From: an uncultured Gemmatimonadales bacterium
GTDB lineage: Bacteria; Gemmatimonadota; Gemmatimonadetes; Gemmatimonadales; Gemmatimonadaceae
DNA length: 64,000 nt
Direction of reading: 5' to 3'
Assembly: GCA_963701965.1 (NCBI GenBank)
Contig: OY969695.1
Span: forward strand, 4,256,001 to 4,320,000
Shown here: positions 42,828 through 52,697 of the stretch, piece by piece
Position numbering within the stretch: position 1 is the stretch's first letter
Layout: each line of letters starts with the position of its first letter
Made by a program: the position numbers and the translations under genes
The notes under the pieces: model-generated
The model's input: the letters and a program-made list of their open reading frames with translations, nothing else
The model's database searches: none
Told to the model about the DNA's origin: nothing

Positions 42828-43680
42828 ATGAGCCGCATCGGGCGGCCCGTGATCCGCTACTATGGCGGGAAATTTCGCATCGCGGCGTGGGTTGCATCGT
42901 CCTTCCCGCCACATCAGCTGTACGTCGAGATGTTCGGTGGGGCCGCATCGGTTCTGATGCGAAAGGCTCGGGCGCGCGCCGAAGTGTACAACGATCTCGA
43001 TGGGGAACTCGTGAACCTGTTTCGCGTGTTGCGCGATCCCGAAGGTGCCGCACGGCTTCGTGAACCGTTGATGTTCACGCCGTACGCGCGGGCGGAGTTT
43101 GACGGTTCTTTCGAGGCGGTGGCGGATGCGATCGAGAATGGCGCGACGATCGATCATACGGGCGTTCATGGGGTTCGGGGGGTCGAGCTTCCTGTCGCGC
43201 TCGCATGCGTCGGCAGCGACGGGGTTCCGCCATTTCGGCGCCGATCAGCGGGCGATCCCGTCGCGCGACTGGGCGAGCTATCCCGCGCAGGTGGCGTTAC
43301 TGACCGACCGACTGCGCGGCGTGCTGATCGACTCCTGCGACTATGCGCGGTTGCTCGAGGCATACGACGGTCCGGAGACACTGTTCTATGCTGACCCGCC
43401 GTATTTGGCGGAGACGCGGTCCGATTGCAGTCGCCGGTATCGCTTCGATCTCCCTGACGCGACCGATCACGCCGCGCTCGCGGATCGGCTGCATGCGGTT
43501 GTTGGCATGGTCGTTCTCTCGGGCTACCCTCATCCACTGTACGGCGAACTGTATCGTGGTTGGGAACGGCACGAGCGGCGTGCGTACGCCAATGGAACGC
43601 GTGAACGCGTCGAGGCGTTGTGGCTCAGCCCTGGGACGTCCGCGGCGCTGCGGCGGGCCCAACCCGGGCTGTGGGATTGA
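42828..43680 (+). CDS. D12-class (Dam-like) N6-adenine DNA methyltransferase, frameshift near 43137
   Basis: RYYGGK, YVEMFGGAASV, VYNDLD, FYADPPY, LSGY. Confidence 0.9.
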
Positions 43681-43715
43681 GGGGCGAATCTCCACCTAGC
43701 CGCGTATGCCGCCCC

Positions 43716-44102
43716 GTGGGTAAGATCCCTGTCCCTCGCCGGAGATCCACAGCGACGGTGCCACTCGAGAGGCCGCCCACGCTATTGTCCGCCGCTCCCG
43801 TGCTAGCGGCGCTCGACGAGATTGACCAACAGCTCCGGAGTCTTCGCGCGCTTGCGCCCTCCAGTGACGCGACCGTGGCGCTCGCGCGATGCCACACGAT
43901 ACTCATCGATGCGATTGGGCGAGCGACTGCGGCGCACCTTGTCCTCAGTGTGCACGAGGCGGCGGGCATCTTGGGGCGTTCCGCCAGTGTGGTTGCGCGG
44001 TGCTGCCGGACCGAAACGATCGCGGCAGCAAAGGTGGGAGGAGTGTGGCAGATCGGGCGTTCGGAACTTGAGCAATGCGTGTCGGCGGGAGCGTGCAAGT
44101 GA
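43716..44102 (+). CDS. Excisionase-like HTH protein
   Basis: LSVHEAAGILGRS..AAKVGGVWQI; directly upstream of the integrase. Confidence 0.7.
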   Translation: MGKIPVPRRRSTATVPLERPPTLLSAAPVLAALDEIDQQLRSLRALAPSSDATVALARCHTILIDAIGRATAAHLVLSVHEAAGILGRSASVVARCCRTETIAAAKVGGVWQIGRSELEQCVSAGACK

Positions 44103-44127
44103 CTATGGATCGTGGCGGCGGTAGGGC

Positions 44128-46002
44128 ATGAAACACGAGGCGAAGCGAGCGACGCGGGCGAAGGTGTGGCAGTATCAGGTCGGCGAGCGCCCTGATACGT
44201 GACCGCTATTGAACGCCTCGACCGCAACCGTGTGATCGAAGTGCGGTGGTGGGTGGGCGGCCCGAAGGGCTACGAGCGACGCTCGCTCCACTTCGCGATC
44301 CGCGACGCTGACGGGGCGATCAATGTCGAACGAGAGCGCGAGGCGGTGAAGTGCACCCAAGCGATCTATCACGAACGGCGCGCCGGCGCTCAACAAGCAA
44401 GCGTTCGTTCTGCAACGTCGCGTCCGCCAGAAGCGTCACCCGCTGTTGATGTCGTCACTGCTCCTGTTCCAACGCCACCAGCTGGCCTCACGCTGCGAGC
44501 CGGATTCGACCTGGCGACTGCAATACCGGACGGGATGTACGTCGTGGATTCCGATACCGTCCGGGATGTGCGTCGGGCGGCGGACACCATTGTCCGCGCG
44601 ATAGCCATTACGAAGGATGGGGTCGTTCGTACGTGGACTAGCCACACCTATGCTGACGGGCGGCAACTATGGATTGCCCTCGCGAGCGAGTACGTCGAGA
44701 AGGAGCGGGGAGGCCCCGTGTGGACGGAACGGTGCGTCGTGGTTCTCCTGCAAGTCGCGCAGTGGCTTCTTGTGCAGCAGGCGGTACAGCAGCGGCTGGC
44801 GGTCAAGCGTCAGTGGCGCGAGCAGAATGCGTCGGGAGTGGGCACAGCTGACGGGCGAGTCCCCAGAACCCAACACGCCGCGCCACTCGGAACACGAGAT
44901 CCGCCTGCTCTTTGCCGCCGTCGACCATCCGGACCTGGATCCACGGATGCGACTCGCATTTATCCTCGGTGCAGAGGCCAGGCTAGGGCAGGTACGCGAG
45001 CGCCTGATGCGAAGCGACGTGGACTTGAGCAACGTCGGCGCGTTCGGATTGGGGCGGATCGTCGTGCGGGGGAAGGGGAAGAAGAAAGGCGTCGTCCGCG
45101 ACCTGACGCCGGAGGAGCGGGCGGCGGTCGATCGTGCGCTCACGGGGTATCTCCGGTTGCTCGAGGACGCGTACCAGAGCGGGGTGCGAGACGACTACCC
45201 TATGCTACCGGCAGGTCGGTTGGTGCTGGATTTCGCGCCGAGTCGCGCGCCACGGCGGTACGCCGGGCCGCCGCCGGTGCGGAGGGCTCGCGCTACGGTT
45301 AGCGATACGCCGATCGGCAAGTCCGCTCTTCACGATCTCTTCCACGCGTTCGAGCGCCTTGCGGGCGTCACGCCGCTGCCCGGCCGGGGATGGTACGGCA
45401 TCCGGCGGAAGGCGGCGGACGTCTACGAGGATCATGAGCGGGACGAGCGCGTGCTCAATGATCAGACGGGGCATAGCAGCTCTGAGACGCGGCGGAGCGT
45501 CTATCAAGAGCGGAAGCGCGAAGATGTACTCGCGAAGTCAGCCGCGACGCGGCGTCGCGTGCGGCAGGCGGCGTTCGGGGTGCCACTCGTGGAGAAGGCG
45601 AGCGCACCTGCGTCGGGTCTCAACCAGGGCGTGGACGACGGAGTATCGGACCTTCCATCGCCATTGGTCGCCCAACATACACCACATCATACCCCACAAG
45701 GCGAAAAATCGGGGTATGTGCGCCGTCGGGTGCAACGACTAACCGCAAGACGGGCAATGCGTTGGAACAAATCGGGACGGCGGGATTTGAACCCGCGACC
45801 CCCTGAACCCCATTCGGTTCTCGGGGACGACATCGACAAGCTAGGTTGGCGCCGTTCAGAAGGAAAACCGGGCGTCGGGTCCGATTCTCAGTGCCGAAGT
45901 GTCGGCGGTTGCCGGCAGAAACGGGCCCCCAAACGGCCCCCAGCGCGACAGCTCGTTGTTTCACTTCGGGAGAGGCCGGTCGTAGAACCAACGGCCCCTT
46001 AG
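44128..46002 (+). CDS. Tyrosine recombinase of element 2 (indels near 44198 and 44826; frame reads through the att core)
   Basis: EARLGQV (R), GKGKK (K), WYGIRR, QTGH, VYQ (Y). Confidence 0.8.
45770..45815 (-). repeat. att core: 46-bp copy of the tRNA-Pro 3' part, junction of the two elements
   Basis: Identical to 60956-61001. Confidence 0.97.
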
Positions 46003-46637
46003 AGTGATATCGCGCCTCGCGTTTCACATAGCGTCGACCCGCGCATACACGGTGTCAATGCGGATGTGTTTGGCGTCATCGTAAAGAAGCCTGAAAACTA
46101 GATCGCCCTCGAAGGGCCACTGGGTTAGTACGCCCTCTTGCCAGCCCACTATCTCGCGGGACTGTCGGTGACCATATAGTTCACACCTGTGCGCTTCAAG
46201 TACGCGACAGCGCTGTCGACCGAAGTGCCTGGGGGAAGATCACGCAAGCCGGCGTTTGACTCCCGATATGGTTCGGCCGATCGGGGCAGGATTTCGCAAT
46301 GTGCCCGAAGAAAACAAGCAGCATGCCCACAAGATCGCCACGAACAATCGATCGCGCGGACTGCCGGCCAGTGCAGCACGCTCAACCCCGGCACTACGCC
46401 TGCCGCGCTCATTTCGCATCCAGTCCTCCGCCGCAGACCTCACGCTTATCAGGCGCCTCTGGCTTCCCGGGCAACTTCGGCATCGCGCCGCATTTCCCTC
46501 TGACAGCCCGGCAATCCGCCCCAATCCGGGCGCCGCGATGTCGCAGGTTGCCTAACCAATTTGACACCAATTCGACACCAACGACCTCAGCTATATCATT
46601 GAAAGCATGACTCTCAGGCGCGCCGTGGGTAGCAGCA

Positions 46638-46889
46638 ATGGTGGTTGGCTTCGTGCTGCCGCTATTCTGGGTTTTTGCGTCCATCGCGTTGATGGGACCG
46701 AGAGATTGGTGGACAGATGCATATTGGGCGGTCGTCCACATCACGTGTCCATTCGGTCTGACCAATGGCACCGGCTTGGGCAATGCACTAGCGAGGTCCT
46801 CTCTGAATGCACTTTTGTACGGTATGGTTGTCGGCTCTTTTGCTACGTTCTGGAAACAACTCCACGCCGATTCCCAACGAACCGACTGA
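46638..46889 (+). CDS. Small membrane hypothetical protein
   Basis: 83 aa with hydrophobic segments. Confidence 0.4.
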   Translation: MVVGFVLPLFWVFASIALMGPRDWWTDAYWAVVHITCPFGLTNGTGLGNALARSSLNALLYGMVVGSFATFWKQLHADSQRTD

Positions 46890-46969
46890 GGGCAGACGGT
46901 CACAGTTTGAATCCCCGAAGCGAGCCCGGCAGCTTGCATGCTTGAATTCATGTGTGTACCGTGGTCCGT

Positions 46970-47932
46970 GTGCGTAACGTACTTCTCCTGCCGGCGCTCA
47001 CGGTGGCGTTGGCTGCCTGCTCCTCGAGTTCTCGTATCGGCACCACGAATCCGCCGCCGCTCGGCGCCGGCGTCGTCGTCACGATGCGTGTCCCGCAGGA
47101 TACGGTTATCTATGCGAGTGGGCGCCCGATTCCCGTTCGCCTCTTCGTCACTGACGCGATAGACAAGGACGGCAACGCCGTTGCGCACCCAGTCGTTACG
47201 GTTGCCGCGGCCCCTCAAGGCTGGACCGGCGACAATGGCACTGCGAGTCGTGTGGCGCCAATGTTCGCCGCGGCGGCTGCCGCTGACACCACCATTACTC
47301 CCCAAGGAGACCAGGGCGGGACGGTGAAGTTGGTCGCGGGCCTCGACACCGCGTCGATGAACGTGCTTGCACAGATCGATATGAAGCGGTACACCTGGCG
47401 GGCGGTATGGACGTGCGTGTTCGCCTCGCGGTCCGAGACGGACGCAGCGGGTAACCCGCTGGACTCGGCGCACAGCTTCGCTGTCTTCGACACAGCGCTC
47501 GTGCAGGCAGATAGTCTCAGCACCCTCCTTGGGCCCGAGACTCGCACGATCTTGGGCGTTGGCAATGTCGTCTACGGCACCGAAACCGACACGGTGTTCG
47601 GCGGTGGGAAGGTCGACGTCGTGTCGAGCTACCAGATATACCACATCGCCGATGAGCTAGTCGTCATCGATTCCCTGTTCGTTGGCAGTGGTTTGGACTC
47701 GGCGGGCCACCAGGCGCACTTTATCCGCCGTGTGAATGCCAATACGGCCGCGTTCCCGCATCTCGCCGGTAGCACCAGTGCGTACTGCCCCAGCATCAGG
47801 GTCAATCCCTCGACCGGGAAGCCGATCGTCGGCGTCTTGGATTTCGTGGCGATCTACGACAAGACGACGCAGACATCGAACCCAAGCCCATCGCGGGTCG
47901 TCGGCCCGAGGATTCTCGATCGGCGCTCGTGA
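46970..47932 (+). CDS. Hypothetical lipoprotein (beta-rich)
   Basis: Lipobox LAAC. Confidence 0.65.
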   Translation: MRNVLLLPALTVALAACSSSSRIGTTNPPPLGAGVVVTMRVPQDTVIYASGRPIPVRLFVTDAIDKDGNAVAHPVVTVAAAPQGWTGDNGTASRVAPMFAAAAAADTTITPQGDQGGTVKLVAGLDTASMNVLAQIDMKRYTWRAVWTCVFASRSETDAAGNPLDSAHSFAVFDTALVQADSLSTLLGPETRTILGVGNVVYGTETDTVFGGGKVDVVSSYQIYHIADELVVIDSLFVGSGLDSAGHQAHFIRRVNANTAAFPHLAGSTSAYCPSIRVNPSTGKPIVGVLDFVAIYDKTTQTSNPSPSRVVGPRILDRRS

Positions 47933-48230
47933 GGTCGGTCGCGCGCGCCACCACAACGCTCATGGTTGGGGCTCTCCGACATCGTGACACTGCTCCTGAC
48001 GCTGGAGGCCGATGCTGGAGTGAGTAGGTCGCCTCGCGCTACTTGGGCGCGGGCGCTGGTTCAGTGAGTCTTCTAAATGGTCATCATCGATGATGTTCGA
48101 GGCATCTCGCACGTCAACAGATGGCCCTCCTACCTTCGCAGCGTCCATTCTCGCCATGCTGGAATCCAGCAGCGCGTGATTGGACGCTGATCACAGTCCG
48201 CCACAATTCTGCCCACTTAAGTAGAGTGAG

Positions 48231-50537
48231 ATGACGTCAGTTGCTTTCGATAGTGATGTTGTCGACCGGACGCTTCGAGAATTCGAATCCTATGTCCAGC
48301 AACTTGAGTCCGCGGACTGGCACTCATGGGTCGGTTCACTTGCGATTCTCGTCGCGTTTTGCCGGTCGAACAGCGTTGTGCGTGAGGCCCTAGGGCCCGC
48401 ACCGACGTCGATCGAAGATGCAGCCTCATGGCTGGCCGCCCGGCGAGAAGGATCCGGTGTGCAGCCCGGAAGTGCGCCACTAGCACTCCCGACCGAATCG
48501 ACCGCTCGCCTGCGATTGCTTGAGCAATTGTTCGGAATGGTGGTCGACAATCAGATTTCAGGTTACACGTTCATGATCGAAGTCGTTGGCGTCGAAGGAG
48601 ACTACGATGCGAGGGCACGGCGGCTCGGACAGCGACTGATCACACCATTCGCTCGCGACGTTCGTACACTCATGGAATCGCTGAGAGCCACGGCAGTCGA
48701 GCCCCAATTCCGACGTTGGGGTCGTTGGGTAGCCCTCGATCGGGCTGCCTTCAAGACCACTGGGATGAGTGCGATCTGGAAGGTTGTCGATGGCGACGAT
48801 CCCCAGAGGGCCGTGCGTGTACTCAAGGAACTTCGATACAACAAGGGGCGGGGATCTGCCGCCTACCGCCGATTCGAACGCGAGATAGCTACGCTAACCG
48901 CTCGTCTTAAGGGCGTAACTGGGATTGTCGAAGTAATCGACCATCAAATTCCTCCGGAAGGCACCGACGGCCGTCCCTACTACGTGATGCCGCTAGCGGA
49001 CTCGTCTCTCGAACGGGCTGCGAAGGCATACAAGGGATTGCTCGAAGCAGTGCTTACTCTCTTGCTGCCCGTTACCAATGCACTCGGTCGCGCGCACGCT
49101 GCCGGAGTGTATCATCGCGATCTCAAACCATCAAACATCTTGCTCTTCGGTGAGGCTAATGAACCATGCGTAGCCGATTTTGGCATCGCATACCTCGCAG
49201 ATGAGGAACGTGTCACTCGATTTGAAGGCGACACTGTAGGCACTGAGGACTATGTGGCGCCAGAGTTGAGGGGCGGTGGTATCTCCGGTGCGCTAACACC
49301 TGCCGTGGATGTGTACTCGCTCGGCAAAACACTCTATTCCGTGGTATCGGGATCCGGAGTTCGCACACTACCGCGTGAATGGCTGGATGAAAAGCGCTTC
49401 GACCTGGCTCAGACATTCCTGGACCCGCGTCTCGAACACCTAACCGGACTTTTGCGGCAGATGATTGCTGAGGAGCCGGCGAACCGGTATCAGGATATGG
49501 CTCAATGCCGCGCGCAATTTGAGCGTGCGATCGCCAATTTTCGCGGCGGCGTGCCCTTCGAAGCTGGCATGTACGGCGGCATCGAAACGGCAATCGAACG
49601 GTACACTAGTTTGCTGCGTCGTCTCGACGAACCGGCGAGCGTGATACGATCTGACGCAATACGAACGTCGATTGATGACTGCGTCGCGCGCGCAATCAAG
49701 CGTGCTAATGACTTCGAGTCACAGCATCCGCAGATTCCATTGGCGCACGGGCGGCGTCACGAGGAAGCCGCCGCCGAGGCCGCGAGTTGTGCTGACGAAC
49801 TTCTTAGTGTTGGCCTCCCTCTAGTTCGCGCTGACGCGGTTGAAGGTATTGAGGAATGGTTGGGGATATCGCTCTCGGTATTCGCGAACGACCCGTTGCA
49901 GAATCGTGTCAGTCGCCTGGTTCTCCGCCCAAGTGTGGTGTTGGCAGCTCACGGTGCAGCGGCACTCGCATGGAGGCTCAGACGATTTAAGGTGCTACGC
50001 GTGCTTATCGAGGCATTCGTCGGTGGCGCTAGGTCTTGGAATCAACATGCCGTGATCGGTTACGATCCGATCCAGCTATATACCTGGATTACTGACGAAT
50101 TGCGTCGATCTGAATTGTTCCGACGTGCCGAATCGACATTGGCAGAGAGCTCGGACGACGCTCTAGGGATCTTCTCGGGCTTGGCCATCGTGCGCTTCCT
50201 GACTGATGCGAGCTTTGCCGCCGACGTCGAACGCTTAGCTAAAGATCCTGACGCTAAGTATGGGGGGCCCGCCTTCCTTGGATTCTACTGGCCCGCGGCC
50301 AAGTGGACTCAGACACTTCTCGATGCATGCATTACTCGGCCGCCGTTGGAACGCGAGTTGGCTCAGCACGTTTTCGATACGAGTGTGACCGACCTGCGCC
50401 TGTCCGTTGCGCGGATTACCCCCGCTTTAGGGAGGGCAATTTCACGTCTAAACTGGGAAGTCTCCCGCGACATTGAGTGGCGAATGGTGGTCGATCCGAG
50501 GGCATGGGATGGCTGGTGTGGGCGGTCGACACGCTAG
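48231..50537 (+). CDS. Cytoplasmic Ser/Thr protein kinase with unknown N- and C-terminal domains
   Basis: VLKE, RFERE, HRDLKPSN, DFG, YVAPE, DVYSLG; no TM segment seen. Confidence 0.92.
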   Translation: MTSVAFDSDVVDRTLREFESYVQQLESADWHSWVGSLAILVAFCRSNSVVREALGPAPTSIEDAASWLAARREGSGVQPGSAPLALPTESTARLRLLEQLFGMVVDNQISGYTFMIEVVGVEGDYDARARRLGQRLITPFARDVRTLMESLRATAVEPQFRRWGRWVALDRAAFKTTGMSAIWKVVDGDDPQRAVRVLKELRYNKGRGSAAYRRFEREIATLTARLKGVTGIVEVIDHQIPPEGTDGRPYYVMPLADSSLERAAKAYKGLLEAVLTLLLPVTNALGRAHAAGVYHRDLKPSNILLFGEANEPCVADFGIAYLADEERVTRFEGDTVGTEDYVAPELRGGGISGALTPAVDVYSLGKTLYSVVSGSGVRTLPREWLDEKRFDLAQTFLDPRLEHLTGLLRQMIAEEPANRYQDMAQCRAQFERAIANFRGGVPFEAGMYGGIETAIERYTSLLRRLDEPASVIRSDAIRTSIDDCVARAIKRANDFESQHPQIPLAHGRRHEEAAAEAASCADELLSVGLPLVRADAVEGIEEWLGISLSVFANDPLQNRVSRLVLRPSVVLAAHGAAALAWRLRRFKVLRVLIEAFVGGARSWNQHAVIGYDPIQLYTWITDELRRSELFRRAESTLAESSDDALGIFSGLAIVRFLTDASFAADVERLAKDPDAKYGGPAFLGFYWPAAKWTQTLLDACITRPPLERELAQHVFDTSVTDLRLSVARITPALGRAISRLNWEVSRDIEWRMVVDPRAWDGWCGRSTR

Positions 50538-50657
50538 GCGAAGATAGAATTCCCTGGGTGTTGATCGCATTTATTGGCGAAGCAGATGCGGCAGTTACTG
50601 GGCATGCTGTTGCCGTAAGCCTTCACTGTCACCACAGCTCACATAGCTTCGGTGCAC

Positions 50658-51423
50658 ATGCTAGACGAAATCGAGCTCGTTTACAACCCGTTTTGGCCCT
50701 CCTCGTCGATTCCATAGATCTGGTCAAGCGCTCCTCTGACGAGACGCTGGATTGGCGGAACCGACTTGCCCGCGCCTCAATTCTGTCGACTTGCCTGCTG
50801 GTAGAAGCTGCCGCGAATTGCTGTGTCGATTCCTTGCCACACCACGCCAAGTTCCGAGAATCAATCGACAAGCTACAGCCTCTCGCGAAGCTAGAGACCT
50901 TTCTAGCTTCACCCGCCAGGGATCAACTCTTGATCGCGGCGATCACCGCGTCCAAGAAGTCGATGAGCTACGGAAGCTGCGTGACTCCTTTGTACATCCC
51001 AAGCGGTCGGTCGAAAAAATTGGGCAACTAGAGACTGTCCCTGGAATGGGAAAACGAGTCACCGAGGTCTGGCCAGCGCTACGGATTCCAAAGAATCCGT
51101 CCAACTGGACCTTTAGAGACGGCGTGCGCGCTCTAAGAGCGGCGACTTCGTTCCTATCATTCTTCTTCGTCGACAATTGCGCATTCAATGCGAAGAGAAC
51201 AGCGAGCTTGCTCGTTCACGACCTCCGCATTGGTGGGCAGAGCGCGCCAACCAGTCCCGAAGTGGACCGTCAAGGCGCCATGGAGATGTACAATACGTTC
51301 CGGATTCCGATGAAGGAGTGGCAAGTGAAGTTCGATTTTTTCGGAATCGATCAGAGCGGTCCGCATCCGATCTGGTTCGACAAGCAGCCCAATTCGTCGG
51401 CAAGCGCCGTGGAGCTGCGATAG
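50658..51423 (+). CDS. HEPN-domain protein (putative RNase), two probable frameshifts
   Basis: ..LLVEAAANC..LAKLE../..ELRKLRDSFVHPK (RxxxxH). Confidence 0.65.
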
Positions 51424-51740
51424 GGAGTGGGACAAGCCCTGAGGCGGTATAGCCCTCCTTCCCAATGGCTCCCGGCCGACGATTGACGACGGAGGCTAGG
51501 CCGGAACCTTATGCGCTCGAGCGCTTGCATCGAGCCGCGCCTGGCTGCACCTCAATGTCGTGACGGCCCAATAGAGCCAAGAGATCGGTAGTCCAGCTCT
51601 CTGCATGCGCGAAAGAGTATGTCTCGATCATAGCCTGACCTTAGCACATTCAGGCACTCCGTAACCAAGGCATTGAGCCGAATCAGGAGGCGAATTGCGC
51701 CTGCGACTCACAAGCCAAGTCCTTCTTGTAATCCTTGTGT

Positions 51741-52118
51741 TCATCTAGTGGGCCCACGCTTCTTGGGCTGTTCCGCTGTGTCCTTAGCGGTAGAAGCAAT
51801 GGCGGCGGCGAGACGCTGAAGAATTTCCTGCTGGGAATCGCGCCAGATTGTTTTTCGAGGACCGATCATCACCACCAGAACTGATCGATCCCGCTCGCGA
51901 ATCTGGTAGACCACCCTGATTTTGGCGGTCTTAAGCTTAAACAACCCTTGGAGCGGCGAGTGCAGCTGCTCACCATATCCCATCGGATCGGCCCGCAGTT
52001 TCTTCTCAATTGCCTTTCGAGCTTTCTGCAGATCGGCATGGCCGACCTGAGAGACGTCTTCCGTTAGTACGGCCCGTGCGTACTCAATACGCCAGGGGTT
52101 TAGGATTTCGTTTGCCAA
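51741..52118 (-). CDS. RelE/ParE family toxin
   Basis: GEQLHSPLQGLFKLK..IRVVYQI..VVMIGPR. Confidence 0.85.
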   Translation of the reverse strand: MANEILNPWRIEYARAVLTEDVSQVGHADLQKARKAIEKKLRADPMGYGEQLHSPLQGLFKLKTAKIRVVYQIRERDRSVLVVMIGPRKTIWRDSQQEILQRLAAAIASTAKDTAEQPKKRGPTR

Positions 52119-52135
52119 CGTGTGATCCCATCAGA

Positions 52136-52447
52136 TCAAGCCCGTGAATGTTTCTTGCCCCCAGTCCTACCCGCTTCGACCGACTTCCAAAAGTCTTCAC
52201 TACTAAGAACCTCTGTCGGATCTTGGTTCGCCTGCTCGATACGCCGTGTAGCAACTTCGATATCTCGCGCATTTTCCAGGAGTTCAAGGATCTTCTCCCA
52301 GAGATTCACTCCCACCAGCATTGCCACCGGCCGTCCGTCGCTCACCAAATAGACCGGCCGCTTTGCGGCCTTCTCAACAGTGGTTTTCACGTTCTTGCGA
52401 AGGTCGGACACAGTCGCGACGACCGCATTCCCGTGCACCTCGAACAT
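52136..52447 (-). CDS. Phd/YefM family antitoxin
   Basis: TVSDLRKN..RPVYL..GRPVAMLV. Confidence 0.85.
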   Translation of the reverse strand: MFEVHGNAVVATVSDLRKNVKTTVEKAAKRPVYLVSDGRPVAMLVGVNLWEKILELLENARDIEVATRRIEQANQDPTEVLSSEDFWKSVEAGRTGGKKHSRA

Positions 52448-52697
52448 CAGTCCCCCAGGATGGTAATTTCACAGAATAGCGTACACTTAAACGTACATTA
52501 TTCGTGACGATAAGCAACCCATGAGAATCGACGAGTCTGGCCTACTGGGCGCACTTCGGCATATATTCGGCTTTCGGCCAGCCGATTGAATAAGAAGACT
52601 TGGCGGCGCGATACCGCTCGACCGAGAGCGCGCCCGCGAACCGCGCTGATGATTCTCGTGGGAAGTTGTCACGTCCGGCGCGCCCCTGGATTCGACC

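Larger units (their letters stand above)
14852..45815. mobile_element. Element 2: ~31-kb tRNA-Pro-integrated genomic island
   Basis: Flanked by att cores; tyrosine recombinase and Xis-like gene at the right end; arm-like repeats at both ends. Confidence 0.9.

Noticed and set aside
51424..51740. Structured ncRNA between the HEPN gene and relE
   Set aside because: No convincing long stems or repeats identified.
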